Positions 30,162 to 39,263 of a DNA stretch of 64,000 nucleotides are shown here, in pieces. The DNA is taken from IMG/VR virus record IMGVR_UViG_3300035428_000130, positions 1 through 64,000 of that record; one strand, 5' to 3'. Source of the stretch: a virus (lineage: Duplodnaviria > Caudoviricetes). Position 1 is the first letter of the stretch. Each line of letters opens with the position of its first letter. The translations under genes and the position numbers were made by a program. The notes below the pieces were generated by a model. It was not told the DNA's origin and made no database searches. It was given only the letters and a program-made list of their open reading frames with translations.

Positions 30162-30776
30162 TTACAACCATTTGATAGATGGAACACCAGTATATCCGAG
30201 TTCCCATACGAACCAAGCGAAACACATTGTACTGGCCCAAGGTTTACCTTTTTCATCAACTTCCATTCCGTTTCTCAATGGGTTTACACGTTTAGAAAAC
30301 ACGTATACTGTTTTGGGTGGATATTTCGCAAAAAATTCCTTGCGTTGAATCCCCTCAAGAAACTGAATTTTTGCAAACATAATTACCTTATCAGTAGATA
30401 TCAGCAATGCTTTCTCCACAAACTCTTTTGCCAAAGAAAACGGTGGATTAGTTATTACATTGTTGAATTTCTCAGGATATAGCGTGGTAAGGAAATCCAC
30501 CCCCCCCACAATGTTGCACCCAAACCGATCTTCACGTTGTACCAGGTCGGTAGACACAATCTTATTATCTGGATAATAGTCTCGAACAATTTTGCTGATA
30601 TGTCCTTCTCCAGCAGCAGGTTCTAAAATTGAACCGTTGAAGTGTTCCTGATCTAAAATGGCCCGTGTTGCATCAAACGGGGTGGCGTAAAAATCATTTT
30701 CAGCTCGTAATCGAGTCAGAGACATACCAGCAAGACTTGTACCACCTAAGTATTTTCTGTTATCTATATTTATCAC
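30162..30776 (-). CDS. Small adenine MTase (in frame, G8 at 30500-30507)
   Basis: DFYATP, LEPAAGEG, DFL, TNPPF, AWFVW. Confidence 0.85.
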   Translation of the reverse strand: MINIDNRKYLGGTSLAGMSLTRLRAENDFYATPFDATRAILDQEHFNGSILEPAAGEGHISKIVRDYYPDNKIVSTDLVQREDRFGCNIVGGVDFLTTLYPEKFNNVITNPPFSLAKEFVEKALLISTDKVIMFAKIQFLEGIQRKEFFAKYPPKTVYVFSKRVNPLRNGMEVDEKGKPWASTMCFAWFVWELGYTGVPSIKWL

Positions 30777-30787
30777 TCCTTGAATTG

Positions 30788-31747
30788 TTATTCTGTTGTA
30801 ACACCAATGTAGTCAAGTACAGTTTTCATCCCTAAACCATGTTCTTCCCACGGCCTCATACAGTAACTCCACAGCTTTGGATGAGTGATTTTCAAGCGCT
30901 GAAAACGGTTTGGAGCCTTTTCCAAATGAGCACCAAAGGCACAAAACACACAGCCTGTACGCTGTTCTCCTGTAGTGCTCCACCCCCCCCCGTCAGTTCT
31001 GACTATATCGCCATAAACAGACGCATAGGGGATGTTGTATGTATAGAGGTATTCAAGAACATCGGCTGCAGTCCAGAAAGACATAGGCTGAGAACTGGGA
31101 GCTTTCTTTGAGAATGCGTTGCAGCCTTGGCGGAGCCATGTTGATCGTCTTGATCTGCTTTCGTCGGCCATAGTTGCGATAATCGGCACACGTCCAGATT
31201 TTTTCTGATACTTTTTCATAGGCCGTTTCTTCATCACATCACAACAGCGAGACGATACCTTAAACGGAGCATTCAAAAGATAGCACCATTTTTCACAATT
31301 AAACTCGGATGGCGTACCATTACTACGAGTGATTTCACCATGAAGCTCTTTCCAACGAAATGTTCCAGGCTTATGTCCATACTCCACCGTGTCCACAACT
31401 CGTTTTGATACCACAGGATATCCATAAGTTTCAATAACCTTACGGAAATTCATTTCAGGTTTTACGACAACAACATTTTCCTGGCTTAAAGCAAACTTCC
31501 GAACCTCTGGAAATTCCAGGCCAGTATCAGCAAATACAGCAGGGACATCAGGATAAAGCCTGCGTACAATATCCAAAAGTACGGTTGAGTCTTTGCCACC
31601 AGAAAAGGCTACATATACCTGGCCGTTATAATACTCGTACCATTCAATAATGCGAGTCGTGGTTACTTGAATTTTGTGCTGAAGATCCCACGACTGCATT
31701 ATTGCTAAATCTTCTTTGCTATAAATAGTTAATACCTTCCCCTTCAT
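30788..31747 (-). CDS. PAPS-reductase-family protein (in frame, G9 at 30983-30991)
   Basis: FSGGKDSTVLL, DTGLEFPE, RCCDVMKK, RTGCVFC. Confidence 0.85.
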   Translation of the reverse strand: MKGKVLTIYSKEDLAIMQSWDLQHKIQVTTTRIIEWYEYYNGQVYVAFSGGKDSTVLLDIVRRLYPDVPAVFADTGLEFPEVRKFALSQENVVVVKPEMNFRKVIETYGYPVVSKRVVDTVEYGHKPGTFRWKELHGEITRSNGTPSEFNCEKWCYLLNAPFKVSSRCCDVMKKRPMKKYQKKSGRVPIIATMADESRSRRSTWLRQGCNAFSKKAPSSQPMSFWTAADVLEYLYTYNIPYASVYGDIVRTDGGGWSTTGEQRTGCVFCAFGAHLEKAPNRFQRLKITHPKLWSYCMRPWEEHGLGMKTVLDYIGVTTE

Positions 31748-32665
31748 TTAGTGGGCTAACAAATCAGCCCTATGCAGCAACATCACATCCGAAAATGTAT
31801 TGTCACCAACCAGCCGCCTAAATTTATCCGTCGCTCTTTTTGAACGCGGATCTCTCTCCAATTCAAATGGACGCATATGCCACTGAATCACATTTGCGAT
31901 ATAGAGACGGTTCAGTGCAGGGTTACTATAAAAGAGACTGTCGTAAGCAGAGACATGATGATGTTCGTAATAGTGAGCAATCTCAGTTGTCTCACCCTTG
32001 CTATTTACAAATGATTTGGTGAAAGGCTTTCCAATATCATGGAGTAAAGCCGCCTCTTGTAACTCAGGGGAGGTAGAGGCAAGCTGCTTATAGGTGGCTA
32101 AACAATGTTGCCCGATAGAATATGTATGATGTGGATTATCATGAGGAATTCGATTAAGGCCAGTTCCATCTTTATTGAACAACTCATTTACATCAAAACG
32201 AAATGCCTCTTGCGGATAAACAAGCTCAATACGATCCCAGCCCTCATAGTAATAAGGAATCCAAATGCTCTTATACATACGGGCCATAACTTCATAAGGA
32301 ACTTCTCTATCACGATGCCTATTGCGGTCAATACACATTTCAAAAGGAGTTGCCATAAAAACACAAACCTTCTGGCAATCAAACTTATTGAGTGTTTGCA
32401 AAAATTCATGCCGCCGCTTATAGTTGATGTTCGTAGCGTCATAAATGGTGTTATGACCCAAACGAATGTCTTCTTTGACACGAGTGTGAAGCACATCAAA
32501 AACTTTGGCATTTTCATCTTGGCGATTCACATCGCCCAGAATTTCCACCCTAATTGCATCACTGGAATGCACATTAGCGTGAAATTTCTCTGTCAGTTCC
32601 TTGGATTTGTCTGTCTTACCCCCCCCAGGCAGACCTACCATCATAAAGAAAATTGGCTTATCCAT
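31748..32665 (-). CDS. P-loop polynucleotide-kinase-like + HD domain protein
   Basis: GLPGGGKT Walker A (G8 at 32619-32626), DATN, HH...H, LHDIGKP. Confidence 0.85.
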   Translation of the reverse strand: MDKPIFFMMVGLPGGGKTDKSKELTEKFHANVHSSDAIRVEILGDVNRQDENAKVFDVLHTRVKEDIRLGHNTIYDATNINYKRRHEFLQTLNKFDCQKVCVFMATPFEMCIDRNRHRDREVPYEVMARMYKSIWIPYYYEGWDRIELVYPQEAFRFDVNELFNKDGTGLNRIPHDNPHHTYSIGQHCLATYKQLASTSPELQEAALLHDIGKPFTKSFVNSKGETTEIAHYYEHHHVSAYDSLFYSNPALNRLYIANVIQWHMRPFELERDPRSKRATDKFRRLVGDNTFSDVMLLHRADLLAH

Positions 32666-33471
32666 TAAACAGCCCCTCCAATTTCTTTCTGAAAACTAAA
32701 TTTCAGCAAATTCATAAGCGCTCCATTTAGAACAGTCTCAACCTCTCTATTTACTGAAACAACATGAGAGGCCATATACTCAGCTTTGGTTTTTTTCATA
32801 CGCTCAACCGTTCGATCTGCAATCTCCATGGCTGCGTCCAGTGAAATAGCGCCTGCCTTAACCCTCTTCAAATATTCTCGTTCTTGAGAAATCAGGCAGT
32901 CAGCATAAGGCACACCATTTAGCCAGCGACGCATAAACTCATCAAGTCTCAAAATGTGATGAAGCTGTTTTGGATCGTAGCCAAATTTCTCAATTTTCGC
33001 CGCCGTTGCAGGATAAGGGTGGCATAACGCTTTTCTTTTCTCTAATGCTGTTCCACACATACAATTGAGCGAGGCAAAATCATTGTATCTACCAATCAGC
33101 TCCGCAGCATCAAGAACAGGCTGATACAAAGCTTGATATTGAGGATTGAGAATGCGGTATTTAGTAAAAAGAATTTCAACAAAATTGATATTCTGCTTAC
33201 GAAAACAATCAAACATCAAGCGGATATCTTTAACGTCAACATGCTCTTCGTTTTCCATGATATGTGTATAACTTGTAGGCTTTTTGTTCAAAACAAACTC
33301 TTCAAAGCAAGGAAGCACAATCAACTTGGAATCCACATCACTTCCCTCATAATCAAGGTTATAGTTTTGAGAGCCTTGTAGAAAAATTCCTACCCATTGC
33401 GGATGCTTTTCTTTTACAGCGTCAAGGTGCTCTTGAAGTCGCTGCATCACTTTTTCTGACAGTTCAGTCAC
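32665..33471 (-). CDS. Pol-beta-superfamily nucleotidyltransferase
   Basis: GSQNYNL...SDVD, KQLHHILR. Confidence 0.8.
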   Translation of the reverse strand: MTELSEKVMQRLQEHLDAVKEKHPQWVGIFLQGSQNYNLDYEGSDVDSKLIVLPCFEEFVLNKKPTSYTHIMENEEHVDVKDIRLMFDCFRKQNINFVEILFTKYRILNPQYQALYQPVLDAAELIGRYNDFASLNCMCGTALEKRKALCHPYPATAAKIEKFGYDPKQLHHILRLDEFMRRWLNGVPYADCLISQEREYLKRVKAGAISLDAAMEIADRTVERMKKTKAEYMASHVVSVNREVETVLNGALMNLLKFSFQKEIGGAV

Positions 33472-33760
33472 CTTCTTTCATCACACAGTCTCGAACTAAA
33501 CGCTTGTAATGTAATGGATCGACTTCTGCATAATTCGTCCAGTCGATTAACTGTTGCCGTCCATATTCGTTGGTCACATTGCCACTGATATCATAAAGTT
33601 CCCCATCTATCCTTGTAACAAAGTGACCATCAGACGGCTCATACAAGATTTCTCCGCTAAAACGGGTTTGCAGGATGTGTGCAAACCAATAGCAGCATCC
33701 GTTTAAGAACACATCCTGCGCCCCGTCAAACTGAGAAATAAATGCTAAAACTTTCTCCAA
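33464..33760 (-). CDS. Hypothetical protein
   Basis: GCCYWFA...HFV...YDISG (Cys-His-Asp pattern). Confidence 0.6.
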   Translation of the reverse strand: MEKVLAFISQFDGAQDVFLNGCCYWFAHILQTRFSGEILYEPSDGHFVTRIDGELYDISGNVTNEYGRQQLIDWTNYAEVDPLHYKRLVRDCVMKEGD

Positions 33761-33761
33761 A

Positions 33762-33778
33762 GTTAATTAATTAATTTC
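33762..33778. promoter_or_regulatory. Repeated AT-rich motif, copy 5
   Basis: GTTAATTAATTAATTTC. Confidence 0.55.
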
Positions 33779-33788
33779 TAACGAAAGC

Positions 33789-34220
33789 TTAATCACTTTG
33801 AATAATTTCGATTCCAACATTCCCTTTACCCAACTCCATAATAAGATCGGATAGAGTATTATCGGAATAATCGACTTCCTTAAAAAGTACGATCCACCCA
33901 CGCTGAATTGCCGCCAAACACTTGTCATATTGTTCCTTATAATACTCGTCTTCCAACAAGATATCATCTAAGGTATGGCCTGCCCAACCATAACGAGCCA
34001 CAAAGAAATCGTCAAGCTCTTCCTTGGTTGTAAGTTTATCGCCCTCTTCTGTTTCGTTGTAATTGCTGGAGGCAGTCAATACCATATCAATCAGCTTATT
34101 GAAACATGCAAGAGCCGGATATTTCTTTAAGGTTTCTTCGTCATAGCTGGGTGTTTGCTGGTAGGCAATAATGTAGCTGGAGCTACTACTGTTTGTTGCA
34201 AAATCTTGACGAATCTTCAT
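33789..34220 (-). CDS. TNSSSSS-leader protein 1
   Basis: MKIRQDFATNSSSSSYII. Confidence 0.8.
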   Translation of the reverse strand: MKIRQDFATNSSSSSYIIAYQQTPSYDEETLKKYPALACFNKLIDMVLTASSNYNETEEGDKLTTKEELDDFFVARYGWAGHTLDDILLEDEYYKEQYDKCLAAIQRGWIVLFKEVDYSDNTLSDLIMELGKGNVGIEIIQSD

Positions 34221-34226
34221 CTTATG

Positions 34227-34799
34227 CTAATCTCCCCATAGATACTTGTGGAAATCGGCGTATGTGCCAAACTTCTCTTTCCACCCAGCAACGATATCTG
34301 CCGGATTAAGGTTAAACTTCTGACATACAAAAGTAATGTACTCATTCTCATAAAGCTTTTTCCGCCTCTTATTGGCCTGCTTTACTTGAGCAAACACCTC
34401 ATCACGACTCACCCCATAGGTTTTCTCTAAGTAGCAGGACAAATCATACTCAGAATATTCAATGAACTGGCAAATCGGACAGAATTCCTCTGGTATAGAA
34501 TAGCGAACATCATCCATCTCCATAAATAGAATTGTCAAATCGTCGGCATCCAAACGCTTTAATGCGTTTTCAGAATAGTCCTCTCCGTCATCCTCAGAAG
34601 CTATACTCAGAATTAACTTGATAAGCTGTTCCTTTGAAAGCTCCAGCATCTCATCTGCACAGAATGTATGCCCGTTCACGCACTCAACCATCTCAGCTTC
34701 AGATAGTCCCATATCCCAGCCGCTTTCCGTTCGACCGCAGATATCACACGTATAACTGGAACTACTCGAATTAGTTACAAAATCAGATCTATATTTCAT
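34227..34799 (-). CDS. TNSSSSS-leader protein 2 (Cys-rich)
   Basis: MKYRSDFVTNSSSSSYTCDIC...CVNGHTFC...CPIC. Confidence 0.8.
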   Translation of the reverse strand: MKYRSDFVTNSSSSSYTCDICGRTESGWDMGLSEAEMVECVNGHTFCADEMLELSKEQLIKLILSIASEDDGEDYSENALKRLDADDLTILFMEMDDVRYSIPEEFCPICQFIEYSEYDLSCYLEKTYGVSRDEVFAQVKQANKRRKKLYENEYITFVCQKFNLNPADIVAGWKEKFGTYADFHKYLWGD

Positions 34800-34810
34800 T
34801 CATTCACCTC

Positions 34811-35326
34811 TTAATGATGGCTAAAGCTCTGCACTGTGAATTTACAGTTGGGCAAAATGTGATGTTCCAATTCAGAGCCGATGTTCGTATGATCCTCGTA
34901 TTCCAGCTCAACCAAATAACGGCGTTCTCCGATTTTCTCAATCAGCTTAGCGGCATACTGATTTGTCAAACGCAGCAGCTCGTTTTGACATTCCTTTGAG
35001 TTGTAGAAATCAGCGTAAGTAGCCCCTGGATGCTCTGCCTCCCACTTGCTTCTAAAAGTCTCTTTTTCACTGTTCCACCAACCACCACCACCATAACATA
35101 TGACATAATCAGCATCACCTTCAAAATCACACTTGAAATGATTCTTAATATCATCAAAGGCAATAGGTTCAGCAGCGGCAAAGTCAGCTTTAAGTCGCTC
35201 AACATAATCTGAACCAAAACGATGGCTCATTGCTTCGATCTGGGCTAAACCATCCTCTTTATCCTTGAATGCAAGAATAAAACTGCTGGAGCTACTATTG
35301 GTCACATAGTCGGTTCTTACCTTCAT
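34811..35326 (-). CDS. TNSSSSS-leader protein 3
   Basis: MKVRTDYVTNSSSSSFIL; ends SHH. Confidence 0.8.
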   Translation of the reverse strand: MKVRTDYVTNSSSSSFILAFKDKEDGLAQIEAMSHRFGSDYVERLKADFAAAEPIAFDDIKNHFKCDFEGDADYVICYGGGGWWNSEKETFRSKWEAEHPGATYADFYNSKECQNELLRLTNQYAAKLIEKIGERRYLVELEYEDHTNIGSELEHHILPNCKFTVQSFSHH

Positions 35327-35339
35327 TGTTCACCTCGTT

Positions 35340-35702
35340 TTAATCTGCGTCTCCACGATGAATCTCTTCCATAAACTTCTGAGGAATGTTGTTATATAGG
35401 AACGCATCTTCCCCATCAGTTTCACCCTCGTTTGTCCACTCGATGAATGAAGCTCCAAGATAATATTTATCATCTTCCAAAGCGTCTAACTTGTCGAAAA
35501 ACTCAAGCTCATTCTTGACTTGGTTGTACTCTTCTGCTTTGATTTGTGCTCCGGTCTGGATGTTCTCATCAAGGAGCCGTAGTCCGAACTTGCCGAACTC
35601 TTCCTTCATATATTCACGTAGCTCATCACAAAGATCGACTCTTGCTACACAAACATAGCTACTGGAAGAACTATTAGTTACAAAATCACGCCTAATTTTC
35701 AT
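35340..35702 (-). CDS. TNSSSSS-leader protein 4
   Basis: MKIRRDFVTNSSSSSYVC. Confidence 0.8.
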   Translation of the reverse strand: MKIRRDFVTNSSSSSYVCVARVDLCDELREYMKEEFGKFGLRLLDENIQTGAQIKAEEYNQVKNELEFFDKLDALEDDKYYLGASFIEWTNEGETDGEDAFLYNNIPQKFMEEIHRGDAD

Positions 35703-35715
35703 ATGTACCTCTCTG

Positions 35716-36270
35716 TTATAGCTTACAGGCCAACAAAATTTCTTTTGTTATGATACGGCTATTTTCGACTGTCAACTTCTCAAGCTTCTTCAAATCAAAT
35801 TCATTCTTTTGAAATTTGAACTGAATCCATTTAGGTTCCGACTCTCTCCAATCAAGCCAGCTATCAGGCTTTTCTTTGTTGAGAACTTCCTTAACCATCT
35901 CAAGCAGACGTTCTCCAGCTTTTTTAGACTGAACAAATCCGCTAAGGTCGTAACCTATTCCTCTTGGACTCCAATACTCGCCATATTCTGGCCTGGGATC
36001 AGGAAAATCATAAGGGTGCCATGGGATACCTTTTCTTGGATGCTTCTGAAGCTCTGGATATTCACACGTTGATTCTCCATTTTCATTTACCCTACCAACT
36101 CCAATGGCTGATTTGGTAACTCCATCAGCCAGCAGAGCAAATTCGGTCTTGCACTCTTCACAGGTTCCAAAGGATGTTCCACAGCCACTAACATGGCCTG
36201 CAACAGCAAAATCACAGCCACAATTTGGACAGCCATATTTTAGGAAGTCATGAAAACTTATTGCAATCAT
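35716..36270 (-). CDS. Zn-ribbon hypothetical protein
   Basis: CPNC, CEEC. Confidence 0.65.
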   Translation of the reverse strand: MIAISFHDFLKYGCPNCGCDFAVAGHVSGCGTSFGTCEECKTEFALLADGVTKSAIGVGRVNENGESTCEYPELQKHPRKGIPWHPYDFPDPRPEYGEYWSPRGIGYDLSGFVQSKKAGERLLEMVKEVLNKEKPDSWLDWRESEPKWIQFKFQKNEFDLKKLEKLTVENSRIITKEILLACKL

Positions 36271-36282
36271 ATCGACCCTCCA

Positions 36283-36579
36283 CTAATGATGGTTTTCATA
36301 TTCAACAACGCTAACTTCATCGCTTCCATATGGGCTACCACTGCGCCAGCCAATAGCGTTATGTATGAAATTTTCAAATGCACCATCATCCGCCCCGTCT
36401 CCGCATTCATATGTGATTTGTCCTTTGGGTGGAAGTACAAACCGGCCTTTTGCATCTTCCAGCATCTTTGATACGAGAATGACTGCAACCTCTTCTGAAG
36501 TCAATTCTCTACCAGTATTGTTTGTAATTATAAAACTGGAAGAGCTGCTGTTGGTCACAAAATCTACTCTTGTTTTCAT
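36283..36579 (-). CDS. TNSSSSS-leader protein 5
   Basis: MKTRVDFVTNSSSSSFII; ends NHH. Confidence 0.8.
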   Translation of the reverse strand: MKTRVDFVTNSSSSSFIITNNTGRELTSEEVAVILVSKMLEDAKGRFVLPPKGQITYECGDGADDGAFENFIHNAIGWRSGSPYGSDEVSVVEYENHH

Positions 36580-36779
36580 ACTGGATTGTTCACCTCCAAA
36601 TATCTCTCAAAATACGAAAGCATTTCATTTTCCTCCAGATAAAAAGGATCTTTGCCCTCGCTTCTTATCATACTAAATACATTCTCCATAAGCTGTCCAA
36701 AGCGCCATTCTGGAACCTGCGTCGCCCAAAGCAAAGAAAGCTTATTTAAGAATATATAGATACGACTTGGATCTCTCAT
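36576..36779 (-). CDS. Small conserved phage protein (YihD/DUF1040-like)
   Basis: MRDPSRI...W...PEWRFGQL. Confidence 0.6.
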   Translation of the reverse strand: MRDPSRIYIFLNKLSLLWATQVPEWRFGQLMENVFSMIRSEGKDPFYLEENEMLSYFERYLEVNNPV

Positions 36780-36791
36780 GCCAACCTCTCC

Positions 36792-37544
36792 TTAATCAAG
36801 CCAGCGATTATCCAGGTATACAAATCCATACACGCAGCCTGCCATAAGCATCAGCCAGAAAACCCAGAAAATAACCATTGCAACAGTTTCATTTCCCTGT
36901 TTACTTTCAATCACTTCTGCCGGAGTTGCATCTTCATACAGATATGATTCGCTGACCATTGTTTTGTCTTTAAGGTTTGCCAACACTGTTCCGGCTATGT
37001 TGTTATAAGTGACATTGTAGTAAAACCGATCATTCATCCCATGATAAATGTAGTTCGTCCTATTTTTCACTCCAGCCTCACTTAGACTAAGCCGATGAAC
37101 AGGGAGTGATATAGTATCGCTTGGAAAATCGGAACCACAGAAGTTGATTGTATCGGTTTGACGGCTATCACTCCACACACGATCCCAGGTGTAATAAACC
37201 TCTGTTTCAGTGTGCGTTTTTCCATTAGAGTCTGTCTTTGTAACTGTTCTGGTATGCCTGGTGTAATGCTCTTTAACCTTCTGGATATAGATATAACCGT
37301 TTCCAATTTCGTCATATGTAACTGGCGAATTAGTCATAATTTCTCCATACACCAGAGCATTGCCAAAGTTTGTATCCATACCATAGCGAAACTGCTGCTC
37401 ATCTTCAATAACAGTTGCAGTCATGTAACGCTCGGCCTCCTGAGCGATACCTTCACTGATTTTATTACCAATCAGGAGGCCAAGCATAAGCATTACCAGA
37501 ACAATAATTACACTGAACAGAACCTCTCTCTTTGTAACCCTCAT
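36792..37544 (-). CDS. Two-TM membrane protein, LemA partner
   Basis: N- and C-terminal hydrophobic helices; adjacent to lemA. Confidence 0.7.
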   Translation of the reverse strand: MRVTKREVLFSVIIVLVMLMLGLLIGNKISEGIAQEAERYMTATVIEDEQQFRYGMDTNFGNALVYGEIMTNSPVTYDEIGNGYIYIQKVKEHYTRHTRTVTKTDSNGKTHTETEVYYTWDRVWSDSRQTDTINFCGSDFPSDTISLPVHRLSLSEAGVKNRTNYIYHGMNDRFYYNVTYNNIAGTVLANLKDKTMVSESYLYEDATPAEVIESKQGNETVAMVIFWVFWLMLMAGCVYGFVYLDNRWLD

Positions 37545-37546
37545 TG

Positions 37547-38101
37547 TTAATCAAAGAGATTTTGCGGGGCATCCACTGGGGCACCATAGTCCGTATATGT
37601 TGCCTCAATCTTCTCATATCCCAGCATACTCAGAATAATGTTGCTGGGGAAAGAGCGAATCGTCTTATTGTAAGACCGAACCTGCTCGTTATAATTGTTG
37701 CGATACTGGGCAATCTGATTCTCAGTCATTGCCAGCTCATTCATCAACTGCTGGTAGTTCTCGTTGGCTTTCAGTTCAGGATAGGCTTCGGCCACTGCGT
37801 TGATCGCAAGCTGAGCCTCTTCAATATTGCCGCTCTGGACACTGGCTCGTGCCGCAACAACTTCCTTCAAGGTGTTTCCTTCGTACTCCTGATATGCCTG
37901 CACAGCATCCACCAGGTTATACACTAAATCAACCCGTCGCTTTTCAGCCACGTTGATATTGGCCTGGGCACCGTTAATCTGCTCTTCCAAGAAAACAGCC
38001 TTGTTGTTCGTGCTGGCAAACATACCTACTACCAACAGGATAAAGGCCAGGACAATGCCGCCGATAATCAGTCCAGTCTTGTGTTTGTTGACAAAATTCA
38101 T
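37547..38101 (-). CDS. lemA: LemA family protein
   Basis: TM anchor, RRVDLVYNLV, EAYPELKANENY..LM.EL..TEN.I, YN..VR.YN, FP. Confidence 0.92.
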   Translation of the reverse strand: MNFVNKHKTGLIIGGIVLAFILLVVGMFASTNNKAVFLEEQINGAQANINVAEKRRVDLVYNLVDAVQAYQEYEGNTLKEVVAARASVQSGNIEEAQLAINAVAEAYPELKANENYQQLMNELAMTENQIAQYRNNYNEQVRSYNKTIRSFPSNIILSMLGYEKIEATYTDYGAPVDAPQNLFD

Positions 38102-38117
38102 AGTAAACTCTCCTTAT

Positions 38118-39194
38118 TTATACGGTTTTCTCAATGTGATCGCAGAGAACAATCTGGGGACGAATAGGGCAACCGCCCATACAAGACATCCGATTTTTAC
38201 AGTCTGGGCAAGAGGTTCGGAAGTGATTTCTGAAATCCTCAAATTGCGGACTATCCCAGGCGCTTTGGATGGTGTCATTGCTGATATCATAAGCCCATCT
38301 CATCTCTTGATTATCAAAAGAACACGGAAGGGCTTTCATATCAGAAGTAATATACATGCTCCAACGAGCACCCTCACAGGTATCAATACTCTCGCGCGAG
38401 ATATTCTTGGTGAGATTGAGTACAGCAGGAATTGAACAGGAGTCAAACCCAATCTTGAAATTGAACTTCTGATTGTCCACTATCTCAAAGAATTTCTTCA
38501 CTCGCAGATCGTTGATATGGAGCACATTTTCCTCACAGCCAAGGCCGACGGGCTTATGGAGCAGAAAGATTACAGCATTAATGCCGACAGGGAAATCATT
38601 GTGCTGGAGACGTTCAATGGCCTCGTCGATAGAATTGTTACCCAATACATAGTGTATATTGGTCTTGATACCAGCATCTAAAAGCATCTGAACTGCTTTT
38701 AAGGTATGCTCCTGACGATACCATGAAATCGCTACTGCACCACAATATTGTTTGCAGAGCCGCACAATCTCGTCTGTAAACCCAAGGCCAGATGAGGTAA
38801 AGTTGGGAACGATATTGTTTTCACGGCAGTAAGCAAGAATCTCCGCAAAGTTTTCATGCTGGTCAACATCGCCTCGCCCACCAAGGGCAAGCTGGAAAGT
38901 CTTACCTTTGCATTCATCCACAATGCGTTTGAAATTCTCCAGCGTCATGTTCGGCACTTTGGTTTTCAGCCCATTTTGATAGCACTGGACACCAGACTTG
39001 ATACAAAGACCGCTGGCACCATGGACGCAATGCCCCATTACACCAACGTCAATCAGTTCGGGGAACGCTGTCATAAACGGATCTACATCGGTATCTTTTC
39101 CGTTATTGTCGATAATTCCGCTCCTTGCATAAAAACCAGTTTTAGGGTCAAACACAGACACAAAGCGGTTCTTATGGTCAAGTTTCTTAATCAC
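38118..39194 (-). CDS. Radical SAM protein with SPASM domain and atypical Cys spacing
   Basis: ELIDVGVMGHCVHGASGLCIKSGVQCY, LGGRGD, CEGAR...LPCSF, CPDC..RMSCMGGCP. Confidence 0.88.
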   Translation of the reverse strand: MIKKLDHKNRFVSVFDPKTGFYARSGIIDNNGKDTDVDPFMTAFPELIDVGVMGHCVHGASGLCIKSGVQCYQNGLKTKVPNMTLENFKRIVDECKGKTFQLALGGRGDVDQHENFAEILAYCRENNIVPNFTSSGLGFTDEIVRLCKQYCGAVAISWYRQEHTLKAVQMLLDAGIKTNIHYVLGNNSIDEAIERLQHNDFPVGINAVIFLLHKPVGLGCEENVLHINDLRVKKFFEIVDNQKFNFKIGFDSCSIPAVLNLTKNISRESIDTCEGARWSMYITSDMKALPCSFDNQEMRWAYDISNDTIQSAWDSPQFEDFRNHFRTSCPDCKNRMSCMGGCPIRPQIVLCDHIEKTV

Positions 39195-39263
39195 GATAAA
39201 TTACACTCCCTCTCTATTTGAAGCCATTTTCGGCAGAATTTTATTGAGGATTACTGTATATTT

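Noticed and set aside
33789-36579. Poly-Ser runs as microsatellites or DGR-like variable repeats
   Set aside because: Ser codons are mixed and differ among the genes, and there is no similarity to the TR.
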